Part shown: positions 12,017-24,149 of the stretch, piece by piece
Layout: every line of letters begins with the position of its first letter
Numbering within the stretch: the stretch's first letter is position 1
From: Moniliella sp. 'wahieum'
Taxonomy: Eukaryota
Direction of reading: 5' to 3'
Length of the DNA stretch: 64,000 bases
Assembly: GCA_003971905.1 (NCBI GenBank)
Contig: RSEE01000004.1
Location: 434,001-498,000, forward strand
Translations under genes and position numbers: made by a program
Notes under the pieces: generated by a model
What the model was told of the DNA's origin: nothing
The model's input: only the letters and a program-made list of their open reading frames with translations
Databases searched by the model: none

Positions 12017-15000
12017 TTAGTTTTCTTGCATATGGGAAAGCCTGGGATGGGGAGACAGAGCAAGTTAATACCATGGTTTGGGTGTCCACAGGGAGGAAAG
12101 GGAAACGTACTGTGTTAGAACAGGGGCCGAAAGACAGCGCAGCTTGAGACAGCGGGAATACAGTGGGGCATTGACAGAGACCGAGTAGGCACGAGCACAT
12201 GCTTGAAACGCCAGCGCCGTCTTGATCTTCATTGCCAAGGAGCGGTATTTGTAGACGTTGATCAGCCTGGGCGCTTGCTCGCCCAGTGCATCGGGGAGGG
12301 GGGTAAGCACTTGCTCGAGCTCTTCGGCCGCTGCCGCAGCACCCGCCGCGGATGTGGGAGCCCAGTCGGGCGAAAGAGCAGAGGGCAACGCCCCCTCGGG
12401 GTCGGGGGAGCGATCGAGATATTCAGCAGCACTCAACGTTGTCGGCAGTAAGTCCACCTCAGTCAAGTCAATCAAGAGGAGGCCCGCAAACGGCACACAC
12501 GCCCGTTCGGGGGCGAGACGAGGCTGTGCAACGGTCTCGACCAAGCCGAGGGTACCTCCCCCTGTGGGCGCGGGTGGACCAGCCGAGTTCATATGTTCCT
12601 CCAAGCCCGACTGGGCAACCAGATCATCGCAGACCCGCCGCAGGTGACGGAACCCATGGGCGGGGGAAGCAAGCGTGCGCAGATCCCGCAGCGCCCGTTT
12701 TTCCAACAGCGGCACACCTGCCCACGTGCGCGACAGGCGCGCCACCCAAGGCGATTGCAGGCCGCAGACGATCTGCACGACCGAAGCAAAGTTGCCCATT
12801 TCGTAGCAGCGCACGGCGATGCGGATCAGCTTGGCCACCAGTCCCGCCCGAGCGCGCGGGGTAGCGGTCAGCACCACCTCGGACGAAATCCAATTGGCCA
12901 CCAAGTTGAACCGGGCCACAATCACAGCCAGGGCCGAATCGTGCGCCGAAGCATTTCCTTCTGGCGCCACACGACGGCGCATGCGTGCACGGTAAAAGGC
13001 TTCCCAGTCGTACACCGCTGGCACTTGCCGCACGGCTCGCCAAGCACCCGAGCAAACTCGTGCCACGACACCTTGGTGAACAGCTCGGCTTCGATGAGAC
13101 ACAGTTGCGCTGCCACCTCCTCCGAGCGATAGTCGAGGATAAACGAGCGGTGCAGCGGGGGAAGTGGCCACGGCCCGGGTTTGCCCAGCCTCCAGGCCGG
13201 CGGGGGCCTCTGCGCTCCAACACCCACCGTAGCCCGGGCCCCACGGGCAGAAGGGGGAGGCAATTGGTTCTGCGGACCGGGAAGGGCGGTGGCACGAGCG
13301 GCACTTTGCTCGGGAATGGTCCCCATCCTCAGCGCCGATGCGGCCAAGAGCATTTCTACCTTGCGTGCCCGTGCTGACCGTTTTCATCCGTGATCACGCC
13401 CTCGAGCCGGGCCAGGGCATCAGCCACACCGCCATCCTCCTCGTCCGACTCGAACCCGTCGAGGCTGAAGCCCTTGACCATTTCGCACCCAGCCAAGGCC
13501 AGCTCGTCATCAAACAAATCGCTCGTCAAAAAGCCATAAGGAAGCGCTCGGGGGCCGGTAGGCATCACAGACTTGGGCACCGTCTGCACTTTGGGTGCCC
13601 CGGACAGATTCAGTTCCTTGGCCCTTACCGCACTGGGCTGGTCCAGGTCCGCTGAGCTGAACGAGGAAGAGCGGCGCCGAGGAGGGTCAGCCAGGTTGCC
13701 CGCTGCCGAGCATGACGCAAGTCCCTTGCTCCGGGCAAACGACGCAGCGCCTTGCGTACCGCATCCCCATCCTCGTCACTCGACAGGTCCACATCGTCCA
13801 ACTGCACCACCCCGGGCCAGGCTGGAATAGTCACCGCCGGCTGGGCCGCCATGGTCGGCATACCAACTGCGTTCTGGCCTGTCGGAATGGGAGAAGGTGA
13901 CTTGAGCGTCTGCTCCGAGGCAAAGTGGTGCAGGTCTTCGCGCCGCCGTGGGGCCGGATCGGGTGCAGGAACGGCCTCGGCGGGAATTGGGCCGTCAACT
14001 TAAAGGAGCGGCGACGGGCCTCCTCCTCCTTCCGTCGTCGGCTCGGTATCACTGCCCACACCCGTGCCTGTACCCAAATCACTTTCATCGTCTTTCCTCG
14101 ACTGGCTGGCATAGTCCATCGAGGATGCTGGCGTCGACCTACCCGCGCCGGCGAGAGACGAGCGGTACGGACAGGCGAACCGGCATCTTCCTGCTCTCCT
14201 TCCCCCGTGCGGGCAAGACCCCGCTCCTGCTCGCTCGACCCCAGCTTGTCCTGCTCTGCGTCCGATGCCATAGGACCAGGCTTTGTCTCCGCACGCAGTT
14301 GCTCGGCCTCGTGGGCGGGAGGCAAGTTCTTCCCCTCTACTTGGGGAGGCGAGTCGGGCAGAGGAATCTCATCCGGGGTCGCCTCTGGTAGTGCGACTTC
14401 ATCCGGGGTCAAGTCAGGCAGAGGAATCGCCTCGGGCACGGTCCCGGCGGTGCGGGGCACAGGGGTAGAGGCGCGAAGGGTGCTGGCTCTTGCCTTCTCC
14501 TCTGTCGCGGGTTGAAGGGGTACCTGCCTCGCTCTCGTTCCATTTGGCCGGACCCGCATCCGCCTCATCCATGCGCAACACATCCGAGTCACCATCCGAA
14601 TCATGGCCAACGTGGGGTGATCCCGAAGGAGGAGTCGGGAGTGGGGGCAGCGGCACGGAAGGTAATGGAGCGGGGGCGGGGGCGCGGGACAGGAGGTAAG
14701 GCCACGGCGGGGGGCGGGGCAGGAGGGGAGCGCAAAGGATAAGCACGCTTGGTCCCTTTCCTTCCCGGGGAAGGGTGTGTGTCCTCGGTAAGCAAGTCCT
14801 GGGATGGTGCGAGCGATGCCATGGACCCCTGGGGGAACACACCAAATGTGCCCCCGCTCGGGCGGCAGAAGCAGAGGTGGAGCGAGATGGGGCGTCGCGC
14901 TCTGCCAGTCGTGCAACACTGACTCGCTGCTCGGTCCTGCCAACTGCTCCAGCCAGCCATCAGGGTGATGCGGCACGTACGGCCGGACTGGAGGGGGAAG

Positions 15001-16987
15001 GCAGAGAGTTGCTGCGCCAGGCTTGTCGGTTCAGGCGGTGCAACAGGAGCTTGGGGAGGAGCTTCTTGTGCCTTGATGCTCACCGGGATTGCCTTGTCCC
15101 CAGTCGACTCCTTCGCATCCTTCGTCTGCACAGGGGCAACGCTGACCTTGTCCTTCTGGGGTGTAGCAGCGGTCGGGGGATCGGTCGTGAGGGTTGCGCC
15201 GGCACGCCGTCCCCTCCAATGGACCCATTCAGATCCTCCGTCGACAAGGTATCCTCAGGCTCAGGCACATTCACATCGTAAAAGTCCAGGTAGGCCTGCA
15301 ACTGCGCCGGCGTGGTGAGCAAGTCCCCAACCGGCCCTGTGCGCCCAACAGGCTGTTGCTCTGTCAAGTTGATTGTGCTACCAACGTTCAGGCCGTGCGC
15401 GAGCGGAGGCGGCGAGAGGGTCTGCTTGGAGGGCTTGCGGGTGGGAGCTCGCGTCATGCGGTGCAGGTTGCCAAGCATACTGCGCAAGGGCGTTGGGCGC
15501 TTGGATCGTTCCTTTGGTGGAGCCGTGGGGAACGTCTCGGGTTCCTTGCGCAAGGCCAAGGCGGATGGCGTGAGCAGGTCCGACAGGTCCAGCGGGCCAT
15601 CGTCGGATGGCTGGGCCCCGTAGGCGGTTTGCAACCGACGGACCGTCTTGTGCAGGGCGGCCAGTACCCCGGCTACCCCCGGGTCAGCTGCACTTGGGTG
15701 GGGGGCATTAAGCCAGTCACAGAGCCTGGACCGCAATTGCGGATCAGGGTACCAATCGTCGTCGAAAAAATGGACAAGCCAAAAGCGGAGGACGACCATA
15801 GTGCGTACCCGAACAACCGACTGCGCCTGACGGCTGCCTTGGCTCGTGTGCGACAAGAGCGACACGCTCGAGTCAGGAGTCCTCCCTGAATCACCACCGA
15901 TGGGATAGTCGACTGCAGGGAAGGTCCATTCCAATCGGGCAAGGAGCAGTCTAGGAGCGCGTGAGGGGACATAAAGAGGCGAAACGTGTAGAAGAAGTCG
16001 GTCTGGAGGCGCGTGTCGAGGACAGAGGTGAGCTGAGCCACCAGTCTCTCAGCGGAAGCAGCCAGTAGGGCGGATGAGCCGCGAGGGAAAAGGGCTGAGA
16101 TCTCGTAGGCCCGTAGGGGGGGGACCATGTCTCGTCCAGGCAACTTGTAAGCACCGTAAGGCGGCGGAGCCGTATTGCTTGATGCCTCAATTGGGCCTAA
16201 AGGACCATCCGCAATGCCCGGGCCGGACGTCTGGAACACTCGTTGGGGCTCTGACGCATGGGCCACGCCCCAAACGGCGAAGCGTGGGTCGTCGGTTAAA
16301 CGAGGTTCGTCATCCTCCGAGTCGGACGCATCCGTCAGAGCAGCATGGGACTGGAAAAATCGAAGCGGGCAGCCAACGCGGCAGGAGGGCTGGAAGGAGG
16401 AGCAGGCGCAGGGAGAGGCGCAGGTGGAAGGGAGGCCCACTGAGAAGGGTAAGTGGGTGGAAAGCAACACTTGGACCCAGCGGGGCATCCAGCGGCGGGG
16501 GAGGGGGCGGATTGGGCTGCGAAGCAGCAGCAGGAGACGGAGCGACGGCAGCGGCAGCAATCCAAGAGGGGTGGGTGGATAAGACGGCACCAAGCATGTC
16601 CCCGCTCTGGAGAGCAGCGCCTGCGGCAGGTGGGGCAGGAGCGACGAGGGACGCGGTCAGAGCGGAAGCGGTGCTGGGCGTGGCGAGGCGGACACGGGGG
16701 GCGGAGGCGGGGGCGGCCGAGGGAGGGGGGGCGCGGGGCCGGAGCTGCCAGAGGATGCGGCCGTCGGGGAGAGGGGCGCAATGGATGATGTAGGGAGTGC
16801 CGTGGCCTAGGTCTCCGGCGGCGGCAGCCTGCTCGGCGCTCATGCAGGGGTCGAGTTCGAGGCCATGGGCGGCGACGAGGGCCTTGACGGCGGTGAAGCT
16901 GGTGGTCTCGACGGGGGAGAAGGAGGCGGCGGGCGTGGGGGAGGGGGCAGCGGAAGGCAGGCGCTGGCCTCCAGACGACGCAGGCAT
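12017..16987 (-). CDS. Ras guanine nucleotide exchange factor (REM + CDC25 domains), Lte1-like
   Basis: REM segment LLAASAERLVAQLT..DFFYTFRLFMSP and VRVRTMVVLRFWLVHFFDDDW. CDC25 segment FILDYRSEEVAAQLCLIE, IVARFNLVANWISSEVVL, GNFASVVQIVCGLQS, ACVPFAGLLLIDL and LINVYKYR. Terminal intron near 12045-12108; many frameshifts. Confidence 0.85.
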
Positions 16988-17418
16988 CGAGGGAAGGCAG
17001 AGGGCGGAGGCAGGGCAGAGGCAGCGGGGGTGGTGGTTGGAGAAGAAACCAAGGCACCCGGCCGGAAACGGCGGCGGGCGGCGGGCGTCTCAGATGGGTG
17101 GGTGATGCGCTGGCCGGGCACAGGACGGCAGGAGGCCGCTGTGGCGGCGATTGACAATGGGGTTGTGGGTGCAGCCGCACTGGCATGCTGCGTGCTTGTT
17201 TACTTGCATCGTGATGTGTGACAGTGATGCATGATGCATGATACACAAAGTGCCCCCTTGCCTGGGTGCGTGGGTGCCCCTGGCCGCTCGCCTCCGGCCT
17301 CCTTGCAGGCCAGCGTGCTGGCGTGCGGCTGGCTGGCTGGCTGCATGCATGCTGCGGTGCCCATGCAGGGCCCATTGGGCGTGTTTGCCAGCTGCCCCAG
17401 CCCAGTCCCCTCTGGGGG

Positions 17419-17502
17419 CATCCGCAATGCCATCCGCAATACCATCCGCAATGCCATCCGCAATGCCATCCGCAATGCCATCCGCAATGCCATCCGCAGT
17501 GC
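17419..17502. repeat. 12-bp minisatellite (CATCCGCAATGC) x7
   Basis: Seven tandem units, two with single substitutions, about 430 bp upstream of the RasGEF start. Confidence 0.95.
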
Positions 17503-20500
17503 CGGGTAGTATGCCATCGCCCATCCATCTCTCACCTTCTCACATGCACTCTGACGCGCCAGGGGCTCCTGCCTCCCTCTGGCCTCTGGCCTCAGGCTGG
17601 CTCTGGCTCTGATCCTCATCGGCCAAGGGCAAGTCACCCCAATCACCGCTCCCTCCAGCCCCCGTTTGTGCCGCTGGCCAATGGGACAGCGCGGGTGTGC
17701 ATGGCCAGCCTGGCCCTGCCGCGCACCGGCAGACACTGGCTACGGACACGCTGAGCGCTGACGCTGACGCTGACGCAAGATGGATTGATGCATGAAGCTT
17801 GAAGGATGATGCAATGCCCAACGCACAATGGCCCCTAGTTGGTCACCGGTCACCGGTCGTTAGGCCACTAGGCCACTTGCTATGCATGCACGGCATGGCA
17901 CATTGTCACGTGATGGAGCCCACGTATAGCTGCCTCTGGGCCTGCTTGCTTGCTTCTGGCACGGATTATCTGCGATCTGGGATCTGGGATCTGAGCGCCT
18001 GAGGACAGTCCCATGGGAGTCCAGCCTGGTCCCAGTCAGAAGGCGCATTCGCAATGGGAGGGTGCAGTGGCTGCGGTGCCAGGCGGTGCCAGCACAGCGG
18101 GGTGGCGCAGGATGCGCGGCCACCGGGCTGCGTACGAGTGCCCCATGTGATGCATGTGTGCCAACCGGCTACCCTGGCTTGGTCAATTGTTAATTACTGG
18201 TCAGGCCCAGGGCGGGTCAGCCTGACCGCTGAGGCTCAGCCTGAGCGCTGCGGCTCAGCCTGGAGGTGTTGTGCTACGCATGTGATGCATGTGACACCTG
18301 CGGCGTGGTGCTAGAGAATGGCGCGTGGTGCGTGATGCGTGATGCGGCACTTAGCGCTTACTTGGGCTGCTCGCTGTGCTGGCCTGTGCTGTATTCCATG
18401 CTACATGTTTTTGGTAGCCGGTGCACAACAGGGCACTGGCCCTCCGCCTCCTGAAACGCCCTCGATACCCAGAGTGCGGCAGTGCTGGCATTCGGCAGCG
18501 GGTACAGCGCACAGCGCCGAGGGGGCTTTGAGCCGCCCATGACATGCATGATGCATGACCGGTGACCGCCAGTGGCTGGCGGCTAACCTGGTGTGGCGCA
18601 CCAGCGCACACCAGCACTACATTCCCGGCACCTTCACCCTTAGCCGGTAGCCTTATCCCCCCACCACCTTATCTTGCGGCTGCGCGCCGCCCTCGCAGAT
18701 CTCAGTTCTCAAAACTCCCACGCGCTGCAAAAGCGGACCAGTGTGCTTGTCGAGCAGAACAATGAACGAAGTGTTGAGTGTCCCTTTGGCCTACCCGGAC
18801 GCCCAACAAACTATACCAACTAACCATATACGCCCAACGGAGATCTCTATGGACGTCCTTTTCCGAGGCTCAGTAGGTCGTAGGTTCGCTCCCTACTCAG
18901 TACTGAGTCTCAGCCTCGTATTCGGCAATGCCCAGAATACCAACGTGCCTCGGCAGCGGCTCAGCAGGTTCAGCAACACTCAGCGTCAGCGCGTCAGCTG
19001 GAGTAATATAACTGCGCGTCGGAGGGCTGAGTTCAGCCGCGCTCGGCGCTCAGCTGAGCCTCAGCCCCTCTCTCATATTCTCATCGTCCCTAGGAGTGGC
19101 AGCAGGTGCCCCAGCGCCCACAGAGTTGTCACATGCACCTGTAACATGTCTCTGACACGTAGCAAAGTGCGCTAGTAACTAGTAACTAGTAACACGCCAA
19201 TTACGGCGTAGCGCGTAATTGCGCGCGTTTCGAAGGAATACTTTGGGGAACCGGCAGGGATGCGATTTTCTCTTGTGCCTGTTGCTCTCCTGTGTTTTCC
19301 CTGCCCGCCGCGCACCTAGTGATCGATGTTCCAATCACGGAATGATCTATGATCTCGCCGATCGCCCTCCCCCACAATTAAAAAGGTACTCTCAGATCTT
19401 ACTTTACCCATTACCCCCCGGTGGCCGCTTACCCCACACCATGCCACATCAGGCTTCAAGTGTGGTATCAGTACGCGTATATAGATCCTCAAGCCTGTGT
19501 CCCTCATTCAATCCAACACCCACGCTCTGAACGGTGAATGTTGAACACGCGATGAAAAGGAAACATTGCCGAGGAAAAGAAAGGCAAAAGCGCAAAACGA
19601 CTTATCCTCCGCGGGAGAGGGGCATGGGACCAAAAGCGCATTTGGTGGATCACAGGGATAGTGTAGTAGATAGAAGGTTAATACATCTGGAAGGCAAAGA
19701 AACTTTAGTCTCTCGGACACGAGGAAGACCACAGCCACAAGAAAGTATTTCGGAAGAGGATTGGTGTACAGTGGAGTCGTCCACGCTCTTCCGGAAGAAA
19801 GAGCTGCATTATCTGCTGTTGTAGTGGTGCAAGTGGATTCTTACGAGACGAACGCCACGAACCTGTTGGGACCCAAGAACCGTTTTTTCCTCTTTGGCTT
19901 TGACAAGTTGAGGATACTACGCCACCAAGAGAACGGGCACGATGCTTGGGAACTGGAAGTAATTCACTACTGAGTATCAATGGAGATGGTTCAACCTTCA
20001 CCTCTGTCTATACCATGTTCATCCGCATCCACACGCGCTTCCTCGGGTATGGGACCGGATGGCGGGCACCAGAGGGTCCTGATCTCCTAACGACTCCACC
20101 GGTTCCCTAAACGGGGTTGGCGCTAACAAGCAACACACGCCGGATGAACGGGTTGGTTTAGGTGCAGCGTTTCTTCGTCTCAGCCTTTAAGCTCTCTGTC
20201 AATGATATGGATGCAGTGTAGAGAGGTACTGTGATGTATATGGTAACGACACACTGATGGAGAGAGGTCGTTATATCATCAGTGCCATCATATAATGCAC
20301 GTCTTCAAGGAGGACTTGACTCTTCATAGCTTCATCCCCAAAGATACCTGAATGGAGTGCTCCCAACATGTGTCGAATCATCCTCTTCTGCGATCAAGGC
20401 CTGACAAATCTGTGTGAAGATGGCAGAATTTGCTCCACACACTCGGGGAAAGGGCTGAGCTATGCACCGGCGGGTACCGCGGAGAGGGCGGGGAGGCACG

Positions 20501-20687
20501 AGACCCGTGTGCGGCTTAGCCGCCGATTGTGGGCAGCGCGTTTTATTCCCACCTTGTGGCGCAGTTATATATAACCCCCACCCTGGCTTTTTCCTATATG
20601 TGATGGTCTGCTCGGCTTTGCTCATAGCTCCTGTGCCGCTCGTCGTACCACCACCACCACCTTTTCCCAACCATCACGACACCCACC

Positions 20688-21907
20688 ATGTCCGCATCCT
20701 CTGCACCCACGCCTCCCGTCCACCAGCCGCCAAAAGGTATGTCGCATTTCTTTGCCCACTGTACTGTCCTCAGTTGGGACCAGAGACGCCATCCACACAA
20801 GGATGCAGCGCAGCTTACAAGGCATCTTTGCTTTTACTCGGATTCCAACGTATTCAGCCTTGCCACTCTACGCCCAGTTCACCGCTGGTGCAATCGCGGG
20901 GTCACAGAGCTCCTATGTCTCTATCCACTCGGTACGCCCATGTCCCCCCCTCTCCACAGACGTCATGTGAACTGTGTAGCTAACGCAGTGTGACGGTTCT
21001 TTGGTACCCTGCGTGCACAATCCAGATGTGGTCAAGACCCGTATGCAGCTCCAGACGGCGGGCCAGGGAGCGCAATACAAGAACATGTTTGATTGCTTTG
21101 CCAAGATTATTAAGCAAGAGGGAGCCTCGCGGCTGTATCGGGGTCTCGCGGCCCCCATCCTTCAAGAGGGACCCAAACGGGCCACCAAGTTTGCCGCCAA
21201 TGACTTTTGGGGCAAACGGTACAAGGAGTGGTTTGGCGTCTCGCAATTAGGGCAAGGCCTCTCCTTGCTCACGGGCTGCTCAGCGGGTGCGACAGAGAGT
21301 TTTGTCGTGACGCCATTTGAGCTGGTCAAGATCCGGTTGCAGGACAAGGCGTCGGCCCATTTGTACAAGGGCCCGCTGGATGTTGTTCGCAAGACCGTGC
21401 GCGCTAGTGGTCCCCTGGGTCTTTACAAGGGCATGGAATCCACTTTTTGGCGGCATGTAGCCTGGAATGGTGGTTACTTTGGCTGCATCTTCCAAGTCAA
21501 GTCACTCCTGCCCAAGCCAACGGTAAGCTGCCTCTTCCTCCCCCCATCCTGATCCCGTTGCTGTGGCTAACGGTTGCTCTCCCCATTTCTTTTTGCAGTC
21601 CAAGTCGGAGGAACTATCGAACAACCTGATTAGCGGTACCGTCGGCGGCGCCGTGGGCACGGTGCTCAACACACCCATGGATGTGGTCAAGAGTCGGATC
21701 CAAGGTGCTGTTGCTGGGTCCAAACCGAAGTACAGCTGGACATTCCCCTCCATGGCGCTGATTGCCAAGGAAGAAGGCGTGAGCGCGCTGTACAAGGGAT
21801 TCCTGCCCAAGGTGCTTCGTCTTGCACCAGGAGGAGGTGTGCTGCTTCTTGTGGTCGACGTGGTGCTGTCACAGTGGCGCATCATGCTTGGCCCGCCGTA
21901 TGTGTAG
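20688..21907 (+). CDS. ODC1: Mitochondrial 2-oxodicarboxylate carrier (SLC25A21/Odc family)
   Basis: PLYAQFTAGAIAGVTELLCLYPL-DVVKTRMQ, PKRATKFAAND, PFELVKIRLQ, RHVAWNGGYFG, PMDVVKSRIQ and YKGFLPKVLRLAPGGG. Three introns at about 20737-20857, 20932-21026 and 21523-21598. Confidence 0.93.
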
Positions 21908-23101
21908 CGGGTATGGCAAAAACGATGACATGAGATGGTCATCACTTGCGTTTCCCTTGTCTCCAGAGACGCCTGTCCCTGCCCAACTCTCCATTGCTGC
22001 CAACATCCTTTTCCGGGGAGAGAGGAACGAAAAGGATGGGTTCATCCCTGTGCGCCCCTGACACCCTTCTTGTCTGCAACTTCTTTGCCTTGCACATGCA
22101 CGTGTGTTCAACCCTCGTTTTCTCACTTGTGCATGATGAAAGCCCTTCTGCGTTCTGAACGGTTCTCGCTACTCCTTCTGTAGTGAGCGTAGCTGCTTTA
22201 CGACCTGTTGACGACGAAATGACACACTCGCGAGACACGTACATCGTTGATTCCACTTTAAGCTGTATGCCCTCTCTTCCCGTATACTCTGTCAGTTATT
22301 AAACGGGTCTCACTTGGGTTGACATCAGCGCTCAGTCGTATATTCCCACGCGCTACCTGAGGATCAGGTTTGGGAGAGACTCCTGGGCGCCAGAGGTTCC
22401 TGGCCTCAGTACTCTGTGCTGGCGACTCCACTGTGGTTTCGTAATTGGATTGGCAGGAACAAGCAGCCCACGCCGCCTCAGGAGCCGGTGAGGCGCAGCG
22501 CCCCTCTTTTTTTGTCCCAAAGTCTTAGCTCTGTAACTGACCTGAATGTAAATAGAGATGCTTGCACCCTGACCATCAAATCTAAGATCACAATAATTAG
22601 ACTGGAAAGCGGTGTGCACTCCGTGTAGTACTATATACGCCCCCACAGTGGACGTTGGGAGCGCAAACACCATTTCACATTATGTGTACGCACTTGTCAG
22701 GTGTGTGCTGTGGTAGGGTGTGGTGCTTTGGTACCCGGAACAGCGCCATTCTCGACGAGGCCGAGCTAATTAATTGTTGCATTGATCTTTCGATAGTTGC
22801 TAGTTATTTCATCTGTCACTCAGGATCTCAGTAGGCACATGTAAAACATCCCACAGCCCCACCGGCCTCTGGCGTTTGGGGGGGACATCAGCCTGTTGCG
22901 GCCGGGCCATCAGTAGCAGATCAACCCCCAATATGCATCAACCATTGAGATCTGAAATCCAGCAACCGAAGAAGCTTTGTATCGAAACTCACATGCCCAG
23001 CTAGATAATATAGGGGGGGGCGGTCATGACCGGTACTGTATACCCGAGAGGAGTAGTGCGGTTGACCCCTCCTCTTCTTTCTCGCCTCTTCTATCAACAC
23101 G

Positions 23102-23982
23102 ATGCCCCCCGTACCAACGTCAGAAATCCTTTCCGAGGGGTTCTTTCCCCAAATCTCTCTTGGTCACCATGGTGCGCGCCCCGACGCCACAGGAGAGAGA
23201 ACACAACAGCTCATCGTTGCAGCTGCTCCTGGACAAGGCCCAGGCTTTGGGCGAACAATGGGCCCGCGACCGCATCACGCACATCTACACTTCGGACGAC
23301 GCGGTGGACATTGCCCAAAGGATCGTGTGCCAACGCCGTACCAGATCAGCCCTCCCCCCCTGGTCACCACGGCTACACTAAAGGAATGTGGGAAAGGGAG
23401 CTCCAGCACGGCAGCTACCTCTGAGCAAGCAGGCGAAACGGATTGCCGACGTACCAATGCAAGAAGCGAAGCTCTAGATGAAGTGGCAACCCGGATGGCG
23501 ATGGCCGTACGACGCTACGTTCTCCCGCGGGTCGAGGCCTTGCGAAGTGAGCCGCCTCAGCGCACTATTATGGAGTGGGCGCGTGTGTAGGCCGCGCACG
23601 GATCCCTCGGGATGTGGAGCATGTCGTGGTGGTTTCGCATGCGGTGGCGCTGCAGGAGCTGGTGGGCGTGCTATTGGGGTTGCACGATGCCCAGCCTCCT
23701 GGACGCTATGCCCCATGGCCCGACGCACGCACTAACTTTGTGTATGTGCCGCCGGCGTGTTTAGGGTGGACTCAGGTCGAGATTTCCGTTCCGGCTCAAA
23801 TGCCCCCTGGTGCTTTGCCCCCGCCAGCTACCCCAGAGGCGATGGAGGCCATGCTTGCTGCGCGCCTCCAAGAGAGCCTGTTCTCCCCCCCACCCCCCCC
23901 AGCATGCCCGGACCTACTGCCACCCCAACATCTTTGTTCGCGTGCTCGAGCAGAACGTTTCGCTTACCAGCTACCGCGATGA
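23102..23982 (+). CDS. Histidine phosphatase (phosphoglycerate mutase-like) fold protein, apparently non-catalytic
   Basis: LLVTMVR-, AQALGEQW..RITHIYTSD and EHVVVVSHAVALQELV occur in the expected order. The canonical RHG reads RAP. Frameshifted. Confidence 0.6.
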
Positions 23983-24149
23983 GAGCAGTGACAGTGAACC
24001 GGAGCAGTCTCTGCTCACCTCTGACGACCTGTTGCTTTCGCGTCCATCCGCTACTCATCCTCCTCCCCTCAGGAGGGTTAGCGTCCAGGCGCTCTTTTGG
24101 CAGACGGGGCACACCAAATCTGGCAATTGAGCCACCGCAATCGTCCTTC

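Noticed and set aside
17419..17502. CRISPR-like array
   Set aside because: The units are contiguous 12-mers with no spacers, the context is eukaryotic, and there are no cas genes.
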